From contig JAJEET010000143.1 in assembly GCA_022820835.1 (NCBI GenBank), positions 9,414 to 73,413 of the forward strand: DNA of 64,000 nt, read 5' to 3'. Position 1 is the first letter of the stretch; each line of letters opens with the position of its first letter. The notes beneath the pieces were generated by a model. The model worked only from the letters and a program-made list of their open reading frames with translations. It searched no databases and was not told where the DNA came from. This stretch comes from Candidatus Poribacteria bacterium. GTDB lineage: Bacteria; Poribacteria; WGA-4E; WGA-3G. Made by a program: the position numbers and the translations under genes. Below, piece by piece: positions 1-10,273 of this stretch.

Positions 1-19
1 TTCACTCATAGATAAACCA

Positions 20-421
20 CTATTGCCCCATTCTCGTGAGGATGGAGAGGATCAACGACACAACGGCAACCCCACACGAGATGATGATGCCCCCAATTTT
101 CCAACGCTCATTCGTCTCTAATTTTCGATCACGCGTGTTTTCTATAAGACCATCAAGTTTAGTTTCCAACGTCTCGAGTTTACCATCAATCTTGGCCTCT
201 AAAGTGTGTAAATCGCCCGCTTGTTTCGCTTGATTCACTTTCATTTCCGCAAAGTCAGAATTTACGACCTCTAGCTTAGATTCTATCTTGTCCATCCTGT
301 CGTTCACCTCGGAACGGACATCTTTCACCTCGGAACGGACATCTTTCACCTCAGAACGGACATTCTTCAGATCAGTTTCCATCGTTTCGAGTTTTTGTAA
401 AATAAGATCCTCTTTGTTCAT
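20..421 (-). CDS. Coiled-coil protein with a C-terminal transmembrane anchor and three tandem VRSEVKD heptads
   Basis: 133-aa ORF with heptad-rich sequence and a hydrophobic C-terminal segment (GGIIISCGVAVVSLILSIL). An internal 21-nt direct repeat occurs three times at 305-367. Confidence 0.45.
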   Translation of the reverse strand: MNKEDLILQKLETMETDLKNVRSEVKDVRSEVKDVRSEVNDRMDKIESKLEVVNSDFAEMKVNQAKQAGDLHTLEAKIDGKLETLETKLDGLIENTRDRKLETNERWKIGGIIISCGVAVVSLILSILTRMGQ

Positions 422-536
422 TCTTCAGTCTCCCCTTTTCGCAATTGTGGAATGCTCAATCATATATCATATAAGGATTATATCACAATTTTAAAGGCTT
501 GGCAATCTTTTATCACAAAAACCGATATAAGCTTCG

Positions 537-2156
537 TTACGGGTGCGGTTCTCCCGCCTGCGGTCTCTCCTTCGGCGCGTTAGCATCCGCGCCGAAACGG
601 ATGTGCAATCCGGCACCCGGTGCATGCGTCTTCCCATAAAGCACGTGCTTCATACACCCAAAAATAACCGTCGTACCGACCAGCACCACTATGCCCCAGA
701 TAGATGTCTGTAGAACCCAATTGTTGAACGAAAAGAGACCACCCGTCTGCTTTGTTATCATTTGCGGACCCAGTGCCACCAGCACAGTACAGATAATCGC
801 ATTGAGTATAATCGTACCTTCTGTCACCATCCGATGCGGACTGAAATTGACTAAAGCGCGTTCAAAGTTAAATATCACCATCCACCAGAGCAAAACGAGA
901 TAGAGGAGTTGTCCTTTTCCTAACCAACTCGTCGGAATAAAGGCGAGCGGCTCCCGGAAATGCGTTGACAACAGCCAGACACAAGCGATCCCGATACCGA
1001 TATAGAAGAGTTCAAACCACCCTATCCAACCCCTTGAACGGCGGAACCAACCGACAACAGGTACCCCGAAAAATCGTTCCGGCAAACTCTCAACCAAATC
1101 CACCCACGTCCCTGCTGCTTTCCGATAATTCACGTACGTCAAGGCAATCAGGACACAAAAGACGGCGAATATTTCTATCCAACGTGGAAAACTCGTACTG
1201 ACCTCTAAAAGCGGGGCGCGGGTGAGAATAAATCCGAATGCCACCGCAAATCCGAGTCCAAAGAGGAAACCTTGCGTCTGCTCCATTACACTGTGCCAGT
1301 TCGTCTGAAGCCCCGTTCGGATGCAGATAAGTTTAAGCAGTTGTCCAAGCGAGAACGCAACGCCACCAGCGAACCCGGTCATCAAGGTCGCAAAAATGAC
1401 ACCACCGAGTTCATATCGCCAGCAGTATCCCAAAACACCGATGACGAGACCGACGCAGCCTGCCCAGTTATCACCGCGCGGTGGGGTCATACGAAGCCGA
1501 AACACGTTGACCAATAACAGAAACGCACCGAACCAACAGATACCCATATAGAGGACAAACGTGGTACCCATATCTAAGCCGCCACGGAAGAGAGCGACAA
1601 TAAGTGCTGAAACGATCGCTACGAGTGCAGCCACCCAGTCCGTATCGAACCAATACAATGGACTTTCATGCCGTTGCATCCGTCTCGGTGTGAAAATCCA
1701 GTCGATGATGACTGCCTGAAGCGACCAACCGATGAAGACTGCGGCGATCGGCACGAAGAACAGCGACAGCTGCGTATGTGTTAGAAATGCTGGTAATGCA
1801 GTACCGGCTCCCCCCAGAGCCGCCCACAAGAAACCTATGACGAATAGGTTCGCGAACCCGTAAAACACCGTCAACGGGTGCGGAGAATGACTATACCCGA
1901 CGACCATCATATACGACATACTTCCACCGAACGACCATCCGATCGCACCGAACAGAGCAAAGTAATGTACGTGCCGCCACCAATCCTCGCGTCCCGATAG
2001 CAGCACCAGTGCCATCGCTGCGAGCGCACCCGGGAGTGCCGCACCATATTCATGTCCGAAATTACCACGTATTCCCCACCCAACACAAAGCGACAAACCA
2101 CAGAGAAGTAACATCTGCCACGGAAGAACTGCTGCATCCATATCTATATCCTCCAT
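537..2156 (-). CDS. Polytopic integral membrane protein of unknown function (about 12 or more predicted TM helices)
   Basis: 539-aa ORF that is hydrophobic throughout, with Gly/Trp-rich helices. No transporter or GT-C motif was recognised. Transcribed divergently from lnt. Confidence 0.5.
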   Translation of the reverse strand: MEDIDMDAAVLPWQMLLLCGLSLCVGWGIRGNFGHEYGAALPGALAAMALVLLSGREDWWRHVHYFALFGAIGWSFGGSMSYMMVVGYSHSPHPLTVFYGFANLFVIGFLWAALGGAGTALPAFLTHTQLSLFFVPIAAVFIGWSLQAVIIDWIFTPRRMQRHESPLYWFDTDWVAALVAIVSALIVALFRGGLDMGTTFVLYMGICWFGAFLLLVNVFRLRMTPPRGDNWAGCVGLVIGVLGYCWRYELGGVIFATLMTGFAGGVAFSLGQLLKLICIRTGLQTNWHSVMEQTQGFLFGLGFAVAFGFILTRAPLLEVSTSFPRWIEIFAVFCVLIALTYVNYRKAAGTWVDLVESLPERFFGVPVVGWFRRSRGWIGWFELFYIGIGIACVWLLSTHFREPLAFIPTSWLGKGQLLYLVLLWWMVIFNFERALVNFSPHRMVTEGTIILNAIICTVLVALGPQMITKQTGGLFSFNNWVLQTSIWGIVVLVGTTVIFGCMKHVLYGKTHAPGAGLHIRFGADANAPKERPQAGEPHP

Positions 2157-2298
2157 CTTACGACTGATTTTGTTGCGACTGATTTTGTTGCTTTATTATG
2201 TAGGTTTTCGCGTTTAATGTCAATCTTCTAAACTGAAAACCTCTGAACTGTAGAATAGATTTCCTTGACAGTCGGGATTACATCTTGTAAAATTAAAG

Positions 2299-4074
2299 GT
2301 GAGTTCACCATTAAACTGTTTGGAGGGTACTACCACGGAAAACTTTTTGAACCGCTATCAACACTGGTTACTCGCAATACTATCAGCGATTCTGCTGTTT
2401 CTCAGCTTTCCGACGCTCAATTTGTTTCCGTTTGCTTGGATCGCGCTTGTGCCGTTATTCGTTGCGCTCACGCGGACAACGAACTGGAAATCCGCTTTCT
2501 GGGTCGGCTATTTAACAGGTTTCCTATTCTTCGCAGGTTTGCTCCCCGCGATTGCTCTCCTCTATCCTTACGCGAATATCTTTGCGACTATGGTCGGATA
2601 CCTGCTCCTTGTCGGTTATACGGGTCTCTATTTCGCAGTATTCGCAGCACTGATGAAGTTTGTCAGGGTGAATTCCGGTATACTCTTCCCGATCGCTTGT
2701 GCCTGTATTTGGACAGCACTCGAATGGGTGCGGAGTTGGATGATTACCGGTTTTCCGTGGGGTAGCGTCGGTTATTCCCAATGGAACAACCTGCTCGGTA
2801 TACAGGTCGCTTCTATTATCGGCGTACACGGTATCAGTTTTGTAATTGTCCTTTTCAACGCCGGTATCGCAACCGTGATTTGCAACTGGCACGAATGGCG
2901 ACGAGAGCTCCGCGCTGTCGTGCTACCTCTGATTTTAATGATCTTCTGTTTCAGTTACGGAGCCTTACAACTTCGGAATGCTGAACCGGTAAACAGAGAC
3001 GCTGATGCAAATACAGAAAACCTAAACGTCGCACTCATTCCAGGCAACATCCCGCAGCTTCAGAAATGGAATATAAATCAGTTTCCGAAAATTTTACAAC
3101 GCTATATCAATTTGACAAATCAAGCGAACCGAGAACACCCCGATCTAATCGTCTGGCCCGAAACGGTGATCCGAAGTGAGGCGTTGACAGGCAAGTGGCC
3201 AACCTACTACCACAGATTCTCGCAAATGCTCCGCGATACAGCGACGCCTATACTTCTCGGCACAGCGAATAGAGGAAAAACAGACGACGCAATTGGCAAA
3301 TTTTCTAAAACCAACGATAAGAGAGGAGAACCCCTATTCAACCGTGTGCTTTCAATATCGCCAGATGGAAAGATACACGCCGATTATGCGAAGATCCATC
3401 TTGTACCGTTCGGTGAGTACGTACCGCTCGAACACCTTCTCCCTGATTTCATTCCTGACTTTATTATGTTTGAACCCTTTGCACATGGAAAATCAGTAAA
3501 CCTTTTACCTGTGTTTATCGTTAAAGATAAAACGGACATTGAGAATAGGGTTCACGCAAACGTAACAGAAGGCACGGAACTATTTAAACCACCTAAAACG
3601 CCTCTATCAGAGGGAGTTATGAACCCGTCGCGTCCGTCTAACGAACAGATAGATGTCGGTGTATCCATCTGTTTTGAATCGGTGTTCCCGGATGAATTTC
3701 GTAGATCCGTCCAAAAAGGGGCAAGAGTGATGGGAATCTTCACGAACGATGCTTGGTTCGATGGTACTGCCTTTCCCGAACTACATCTGTCGATGGCACC
3801 CTTCCGTGCAGTTGAGAACCGAATCGCGGTGTTCCGATGTGCGAACGGTGGATTCACCTGCATTGTAGACAAATACGGGCGGATAACGACCCCTTTGGTT
3901 ACACCGGATACGACGCAGGAGACACTTGTCGCGTCGGTTCCGCTGAGTCCTACGGAACACAGACAAACTATCTATACCCGCCACGGTGATTGGTTCCCGG
4001 TTCTTTGCACGATTATCTGTGTCGGATGGTTCGGCAGTCTATTCGTGATACGGCGGCAGCGTCAAAATTCTTAA
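2299..4074 (+). CDS. lnt: Apolipoprotein N-acyltransferase Lnt
   Basis: N-terminal multi-TM region with WVRSWMITGFPWGSVGYSQ, followed by a CN-hydrolase domain (LIVWPE, SICFES). Carries a ~45-aa insert relative to E. coli Lnt. The true start may lie inside the ORF. Confidence 0.85.
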   Translation: MSSPLNCLEGTTTENFLNRYQHWLLAILSAILLFLSFPTLNLFPFAWIALVPLFVALTRTTNWKSAFWVGYLTGFLFFAGLLPAIALLYPYANIFATMVGYLLLVGYTGLYFAVFAALMKFVRVNSGILFPIACACIWTALEWVRSWMITGFPWGSVGYSQWNNLLGIQVASIIGVHGISFVIVLFNAGIATVICNWHEWRRELRAVVLPLILMIFCFSYGALQLRNAEPVNRDADANTENLNVALIPGNIPQLQKWNINQFPKILQRYINLTNQANREHPDLIVWPETVIRSEALTGKWPTYYHRFSQMLRDTATPILLGTANRGKTDDAIGKFSKTNDKRGEPLFNRVLSISPDGKIHADYAKIHLVPFGEYVPLEHLLPDFIPDFIMFEPFAHGKSVNLLPVFIVKDKTDIENRVHANVTEGTELFKPPKTPLSEGVMNPSRPSNEQIDVGVSICFESVFPDEFRRSVQKGARVMGIFTNDAWFDGTAFPELHLSMAPFRAVENRIAVFRCANGGFTCIVDKYGRITTPLVTPDTTQETLVASVPLSPTEHRQTIYTRHGDWFPVLCTIICVGWFGSLFVIRRQRQNS

Positions 4075-4138
4075 CTATTAGAAACCTGTTCATAAATCAG
4101 GTATCCCCATGCCTGCGGGATTGTACCCCCCACTAAAA

Positions 4139-4165
4139 CCATGCAGGCGGGGTTTGAAACCCCGC
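4139..4165. repeat. GC-rich palindrome CATGCAGGCGGGGTTTGAAACCCCGC, a member of an intergenic hairpin repeat family, located 3' of lnt
   Basis: Perfect inverted repeat GCGGGGTTT/AAACCCCGC. Related copies lie at 25221, 34721, 42057 and 60359. Confidence 0.7.
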
Positions 4166-4176
4166 TAAGGAGAAAT

Positions 4177-5281
4177 ATGATCATAAACGTTAAAAATCAG
4201 GCTGAAGCGATGCAAACCCGTCTTTTAGAACTCAGAGGTTATCTTTGACCTGGATGAAAAACGCAAAGAATTAGCAAAACTTGAAGAGGCGACTATTGAC
4301 CCAGAGTTTTGGAGTAACACACAGCGCGTCCAAGAGATCAATCAACGCATCTCTACCCTCCGCGACGAGGTTACGACCTACGAAGAACTCTACCTAAAAA
4401 TTGAGGACCTTCAGACGCTTGTTGAACTGGCAGACGAAGAAAACGACAGCAGTCTACAGACCGAAATCGTAGACGGATTAAACAACGTCGCAAGTCGTCT
4501 TGAGCAGATGGAACTCCGTCTGATGTTGAAAGGCGAATTCGATGGAAACAATGCTATCCTTAGTATCCACTCCGGCGCAGGCGGCGTTGACGCACAAGAT
4601 TGGGCAGGAATGTTGATGCGGATGTACCTACGATGGTGCGATGGGCGCGGCTACCAGACCGAAATCGTTGACATTACCGCTGGAGACGAAGCCGGGGTCA
4701 AAGGCACAACGATCCTTGTCACAGGCAACCTCGCTTACGGATACCTTCAGGCTGAGACCGGTGTACATAGACTCGTCCGTCTATCCCCTTACGATTTTAA
4801 CAAGCGTCGGCACACCTCTTTCGCCGCAGTTGATGTTACACCCGAAATCGATGACACCGTGGAAGTGGATATTCAACCCGAAGACCTACGCATTGATACT
4901 TACCGAGCAAGTGGTGCCGGTGGACAACACGTCAATGTCACAGACTCCGCAATCCGGATTACACATAAACCGACCGGGATTATTGTCCAGTGCCAGAATG
5001 AGCGTTCTCAGCATAAGAACCGCGATATCGCTATGAAGCTGCTACGCTCACGACTCCACGAGAAATATCGTGCTGAGCGGGAAGAGGAACTTGCCAAACA
5101 GCGGAGCGAACGTTTAGAGATTAACTTCGGCAGCCAAATCCGTTCCTATGTGTTGCACCCTTACCAACGTGTTAAAGATTTGCGAACGAGCGTCGAAACG
5201 GGGAACGTTAACGCTGTATTAGATGGCGCGTTGGACCCATTTATTGATAGCTACCTGAAAATGAAAGCGCAACAGAAGTAA
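4177..5281 (+). CDS. prfB: Peptide chain release factor 2, with a programmed +1 ribosomal frameshift at CTT TGA C (4243-4249)
   Basis: Frame 0 runs ATG 4177 to TGA 4246-4248 (25 codons), with the SD-like AGAGGT just upstream of CUU UGA C. The +1 frame continues through GGQ, RRHTSF and QCQNERSQHKN. prfB-lysS synteny matches E. coli. Confidence 0.9.
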
Positions 5282-5397
5282 TACCAATCCGAAAGTTGAT
5301 AACTGACCATCCATGTATTTTAGGTTGCTTTACCTTTGCAACTAAAGTATAATTATTAAAAACTTCCCTACTTAAGCTCGAAAGGAAGGAGTTATCC

Positions 5398-6870
5398 GTG
5401 GAAGAGACAAAGGACTTAATGCAGCAACGTCGCGAGAAACTTGACGAAATTCGCCAATTCGGTGTAGAACCGTACCCACATAAGTACGAACCGACGCACA
5501 CGACATCCGCAATTCACCGAGATTTTGCCGACATTCAAGAGACATCCGATGACACACAGACCGTTCGCATCGCAGGCAGGATCATGACAAAGCGCGATCA
5601 CGGTAAGAGCAGCTTTGCACATCTTCAGGACAGCGAAGGGCAAATACAGATATATGTCCGACGCGACAAAGTCGGTGCTGATCCCTATAAAATCTATCGA
5701 CGTTTTGATAGCGGTGATATCGTCGGTGCTGAAGGCACAGTTTTCCGAACACGAACCGGAGAATTGACAATCCTTGTAGATACTGTAGAACTCCTCTCCA
5801 AATCTATTCGACCGCTCCCAGAAAAATGGCACGGTTTGCAAGATAAACAGACACGCTATAGACAACGATACGCTGACCTTATCATGAACCCTGAAGTAAA
5901 GGACGTTTTTGTTAAAAGAACTCAGATTGTCCAAGCGATTCGCGATATGCTAAACGCTCGAAATTTCATTGAAGTTGAGACCCCTGTCCTGCAACCAATC
6001 TACGGAGGTGCGAACGCCCGTCCATTCACGACGTACCATAACACTTTGGAACAGTCGCTCTATCTCCGGATCGCGAATGAACTCTATCTCAAACGCTTGA
6101 TCGTCGGCGGGTTTGATCGGGTTTATGAATTCTCGCGTGATTTCCGAAACGAAGGTATGGATAGGGACCACAACCCCGAATTTACGATGCTCGAACTCTA
6201 TCAAGCGTACGCAGACTATATTGAGATAATGGAACTTACCGAAACGCTAATCGCTGAAACTGCGAAGACCGTTCATGGTACAGCAAAGATTACCTATCAG
6301 GAGCATGAACTCGATCTCACGCCGCCGTGGGAAAGGTTGAGCATGATTGATGCCGTCCGAAAGTACAGCGGTATTGACCCCGTGCCGTTGCCAGCAGATG
6401 AGTTGTATAAGGCAGCGGTTGACGCAGGGGTCGACTTGGCGGGGGACGAAACAAAAGGAAAAATTATCGCAGAACTTTTCGACGAATTTGTGGAACCGAA
6501 ACTCATTCAACCGACTTTTATAACGGACTATCCGATTGAGGTTTCACCCTTCGCGAAAAAGAAACCCGATAACCCGGAATTCGTTGAACGTTTTGAATTC
6601 TTTATCTGTGGGATGGAGGTCGGAAACGCGTTTAGTGAGCTCAACGATCCCGTTGATCAGCGACAACGGTTTCTCGAACAGGCAAACAGTTTAGAGGCAG
6701 GCGATGATGAAGCCTTCATGGTCGATGAAGATTATCTACGTGCCTTGGAGTACGGTATGCCACCGACCGGCGGACTCGGTATCGGTATCGACCGACTGAC
6801 AATGCTGTTGACGAACCAGTATTCCATACGGGATGTCATCCTGTTTCCGCAGATGCGTCCAGAGAATTAA
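5398..6870 (+). CDS. lysS: Lysine--tRNA ligase (class II)
   Basis: N-terminal OB-fold anticodon-binding domain and class II motifs (FRNEGMDRDHNPEFTMLE, GGLGIGIDRL). GTG start preceded by GGAAGGAG. Confidence 0.9.
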   Translation: MEETKDLMQQRREKLDEIRQFGVEPYPHKYEPTHTTSAIHRDFADIQETSDDTQTVRIAGRIMTKRDHGKSSFAHLQDSEGQIQIYVRRDKVGADPYKIYRRFDSGDIVGAEGTVFRTRTGELTILVDTVELLSKSIRPLPEKWHGLQDKQTRYRQRYADLIMNPEVKDVFVKRTQIVQAIRDMLNARNFIEVETPVLQPIYGGANARPFTTYHNTLEQSLYLRIANELYLKRLIVGGFDRVYEFSRDFRNEGMDRDHNPEFTMLELYQAYADYIEIMELTETLIAETAKTVHGTAKITYQEHELDLTPPWERLSMIDAVRKYSGIDPVPLPADELYKAAVDAGVDLAGDETKGKIIAELFDEFVEPKLIQPTFITDYPIEVSPFAKKKPDNPEFVERFEFFICGMEVGNAFSELNDPVDQRQRFLEQANSLEAGDDEAFMVDEDYLRALEYGMPPTGGLGIGIDRLTMLLTNQYSIRDVILFPQMRPEN

Positions 6871-7062
6871 AATGAGAACTGCGCCGCCGCTGCTTACAGA
6901 AAGATTGGCATCCGGAAGGGTGCTACAGAAAATCGGGATGCGCTATGAAAATCGTCTCGAAAAATTTGTACCGAAACGAAATCGATGTGAGGATTCAATA
7001 GGATACGGGATGCTAAAAGTAGACTACGACGCAATGATGTCAAGGATCCCATAGTTAAAAAT

Positions 7063-8517
7063 ATGAAATTTGAATGGTTTGTAGCCTCCCGCTATCTGCG
7101 TTCTCGGCGAAAACAGTCCTTTATCTCAATTATTAGCATCATCTCAATCGGTGGTGTCGCGCTCGGTGTCGCAACGGTAATCCTCGTGATTGCTGTCTTG
7201 AACGGTGTCGAACACGGACTAAAGGATCGGTTTCTATCGAATGAGGCACACGTCGCCCTACACATATTTGATCACAGTTTTTTTAAAGGGTATCAAGAAC
7301 GAATCCAACGGATTGAGGCAATTGAAAACGTTGTCGCTGCGTCGCCTGTTATCTGGGCACAGATCGGTATTTTCCCAGAACATAGCAATACCATTCAGGA
7401 TGCCATCTATATTAAGGGCATTGATCCGGCACAGGAAGATAGAGTTACCGGTTTCTCAACATTCGTCACTGGCTCAACAGACTTCCAAGACTCGGAATTG
7501 ATTAAAAAAACTGAGTTGTTTAGAGAAGAGACCATTACCGGAGGGATCATCCTTGGTGGACGTTTGGCAACGCGGCTCGGTATCATGGAAGGCGATGTTT
7601 TACGGTTACTGATTAAGCTTGTGGACCCAGGACACGGGTCGCTCGTACCAGACTTAGCCAACTTCGTTGTAATTGGGTTCTACGAATCTGAGATGGAGGT
7701 ATACGATAACAACTTCGGCTTCATCCATATTGATGCCGCGCAAGAATTGTATAACCAAGAGAATCGTGTAAACTTCATTTTTGTCAGGTTAACCGATGCT
7801 GAACTGGCACCCCAGATCGCCACAAAAATTGAAGATGCCGCTGATTTTAGCGTCTTAGAGGGGATGCCGAGCACCAGAACCTGGATGGAGGCGCAAGCAC
7901 CGCTCTTCGCAGCACTACGATTAGAAAAAATCGCTACCGTCTTCATTGAAGTACTGATCATTTTGGTCGCATCCTTTAACATCGCAAGCACGCTCATTAT
8001 GACAGTAATGGAGAAAACTAAGGACATTGGGACACTACGGACACTCGGCTCGTCACGCGGGAACGTCATGCGAATCTTCATGATTCAGGGCAGCGTTATC
8101 GGCACGCTTGGAACAATGATCGGTACTGCATTAGGGTTATCGATCTGTTGGCTCCTGAGTACCAACACCGAGCGACCCTCTTATTGGTATGTACTCGCAC
8201 TCGTCGTGCCAATTGTTCTACAATTTTTAATAGCATCACAACACGCACTGCGGAACAGAGGCGGATGGAAATTTGCTGTAGGGATCTTATGGCTCATCGG
8301 GATAGGTTTCGGACTCTATTGCGCAGTCAGACCGATCTCGCTTGTAGACCTTGGGCTTAGCCAAATCTACCAGATGCATCAGTTACCGATAAAGATTAAT
8401 TGGTTGTTCGTCATCTTTATCAATCTGCTTTCATTTGCGATCTGCTGGCTTGCGACGCTTTATCCGGCATGGCAAGCAGCAAACCTGAAGCCGGTTGAAG
8501 CACTGCAACACGAATAG
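7063..8517 (+). CDS. Lipoprotein-release permease, LolC/LolE family (FtsX/MacB-type), with a ~70-aa insert before the last TM helix
   Basis: N-terminus MKFEWFVASRYLRSRRKQSFISIISIISIGGVALGV and C-terminus TLYPAWQAANLKPVEALQHE are typical of LolC/E. Followed by lolD. Confidence 0.8.
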   Translation: MKFEWFVASRYLRSRRKQSFISIISIISIGGVALGVATVILVIAVLNGVEHGLKDRFLSNEAHVALHIFDHSFFKGYQERIQRIEAIENVVAASPVIWAQIGIFPEHSNTIQDAIYIKGIDPAQEDRVTGFSTFVTGSTDFQDSELIKKTELFREETITGGIILGGRLATRLGIMEGDVLRLLIKLVDPGHGSLVPDLANFVVIGFYESEMEVYDNNFGFIHIDAAQELYNQENRVNFIFVRLTDAELAPQIATKIEDAADFSVLEGMPSTRTWMEAQAPLFAALRLEKIATVFIEVLIILVASFNIASTLIMTVMEKTKDIGTLRTLGSSRGNVMRIFMIQGSVIGTLGTMIGTALGLSICWLLSTNTERPSYWYVLALVVPIVLQFLIASQHALRNRGGWKFAVGILWLIGIGFGLYCAVRPISLVDLGLSQIYQMHQLPIKINWLFVIFINLLSFAICWLATLYPAWQAANLKPVEALQHE

Positions 8518-8533
8518 CGAGAAAGAGGAACCT

Positions 8534-9241
8534 GTGTTGAATCCGTCAGAAACACTCATTCGTATTATAGATTTACATAAATCCTATTATGATGGTGAAT
8601 CGGAACTTCCCGTGCTTCGAGGTATCGACTTTGAGATAAAGACATCAGAATTACTCGCAGTCGTTGGGGCATCCGGTGTCGGAAAAAGTACACTGCTCCA
8701 TATTATGGGAACGTTGGATCGACCGACAGCCGGACAGGTCATATACGGCGATCAAGATGTTTTTACCTTACAGGATAACGAACTCGCTCGCTTTCGTAAT
8801 AAGGAAGTCGGATTCGTATTTCAATTTCATCATTTGTTGCCGGAGTTTAACGCACTTGAAAACGTCGCTATGGCCGCGTTGATTACGATGCCAAATAATA
8901 AAGCGATTTATGATGAAGCAGCGGCACTCCTCGAATATGTCGGGCTGGCAGAACGGCTCTCACACTTTCCGAGCCAACTCTCCGGGGGAGAACGGCAACG
9001 CGTCGCAATCGCACGCGCACTGATTAACAAACCGAAAGTTGTACTCGCAGACGAACCGACAGGAAACCTCGACCAGCGGAGCAGCGAAGCCGTACATGAA
9101 CTTTTATGGGATTTAAACGCTAAATCTGGGCAGACATTTGTTATCGTAACGCACAACTCTGAACTTGCCGAAAAGGTGGATAGAGTCGTTCGACTCGTTG
9201 ACGGAAAAGTCGTTAGCACAGGACTTGATTTATCAGATTGA
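8534..9241 (+). CDS. lolD: Lipoprotein-releasing system ATP-binding protein LolD
   Basis: Walker A GASGVGKST, ABC signature LSGGERQRVAIARAL, Walker B VVLADEPTGNLD. Probable GTG start at 8534 after AGAGGA; the ATG at 8495 overlaps the end of lolC/E. Confidence 0.8.
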   Translation: MLNPSETLIRIIDLHKSYYDGESELPVLRGIDFEIKTSELLAVVGASGVGKSTLLHIMGTLDRPTAGQVIYGDQDVFTLQDNELARFRNKEVGFVFQFHHLLPEFNALENVAMAALITMPNNKAIYDEAAALLEYVGLAERLSHFPSQLSGGERQRVAIARALINKPKVVLADEPTGNLDQRSSEAVHELLWDLNAKSGQTFVIVTHNSELAEKVDRVVRLVDGKVVSTGLDLSD

Positions 9242-9333
9242 GATTATCGGAATAATAAGTGGATCGTACTTATTCGCGCAGCATGGAGGCTAACAGCGCA
9301 CACTACAGAAAAGTACTTTCCGTGTGGAAGGAA

Positions 9334-10218
9334 ATGTTTATGTTGATCTATGTCGACGGAGAATTTTTACCAAAAGCAGAGGCTAAAATTTCAGTATTCG
9401 ACCACGGGTTGCTTTATGGCGATGGTGTTTTTGAAGGGATCCGATCCTATAATGGACGTGTCTTTAAACTTGATGAACACCTCGAACGACTATACGACTC
9501 TGCAAAATCGATTATGTTACAGATCCCAATCCCGATCGAAACGATGAAAGAGACAGTCTTAGAGACGCTCCGTCGAAATCATCTCACAGAAGCCTATATC
9601 CGGTTAATCGTAACTCGCGGTGTCGGCGATCTTGGATTGGACCCAGATAAATGTCCAAAGCCGACTATCATAATTATTGCAGATAAAATCGCTTTGTATC
9701 CACAAAAATATTATGAAGAGGGTTTGGAGATCGTAACGTCTGCAGTTCGACGGAATTATGCCGAAGCCATCAATCCGCGCATTAAATCTTTGAACTATCT
9801 CAACAACATTTTAGCAAAAATTGAAGGGAAACAGGCGGGAACAGAAGAGGTACTGATGCTTAACGCTGACGGTTATGTCGTTGAATGCAGCGGCGACAAT
9901 ATTTTCTGCCTAAAGAACAACGTGCTTGTCACTCCACCGGTACATATCGGGATTTTGGAAGGCGTAACACGGAACAGTGTGATTGACCTCGCACGCGATG
10001 CCCGGATATTGGTGGAGGAGCGCGTCTTTACTCGCCACGATCTCTATATCGCTGACGAATGTTTCCTAACAGGAACCGCTGCGGAAGTTATTCCTGTCGT
10101 TAAAATTGACAGACGCGCCATCGGAGACGGACAACCCGGTAAACTTACACAGCAACTTATCGCTGCCTTCCGGCACTACGCGAATAGCTGCGGTACCGAA
10201 ATCTATGCTAAAGCATAG
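9334..10218 (+). CDS. ilvE: Class IV (fold-type IV) PLP aminotransferase, likely branched-chain amino-acid aminotransferase
   Basis: DHGLLYGDGVFEGIRSY motif and the fold-type IV length. Start placed at the internal ATG (MFMLIYVDGEF) rather than the 9259 ORF start. Confidence 0.6.
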   Translation: MFMLIYVDGEFLPKAEAKISVFDHGLLYGDGVFEGIRSYNGRVFKLDEHLERLYDSAKSIMLQIPIPIETMKETVLETLRRNHLTEAYIRLIVTRGVGDLGLDPDKCPKPTIIIIADKIALYPQKYYEEGLEIVTSAVRRNYAEAINPRIKSLNYLNNILAKIEGKQAGTEEVLMLNADGYVVECSGDNIFCLKNNVLVTPPVHIGILEGVTRNSVIDLARDARILVEERVFTRHDLYIADECFLTGTAAEVIPVVKIDRRAIGDGQPGKLTQQLIAAFRHYANSCGTEIYAKA

Positions 10219-10273
10219 CACGCTTTCACGACACGAACTCGATAGCCGCACATATAGGAGATATTCTAATATT

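Noticed and set aside
4075-4176. Possible small RNA or tRNA in the lnt-prfB intergenic region
   Set aside because: The sequence is explained by the hairpin repeat (4139-4165) plus a partial copy. No tRNA acceptor or anticodon-arm structure is evident.
10106-10273. N-terminal extension of BamA from the ATG at 10106
   Set aside because: It overlaps the end of the upstream aminotransferase gene and precedes the obvious signal peptide starting at Met 10274.
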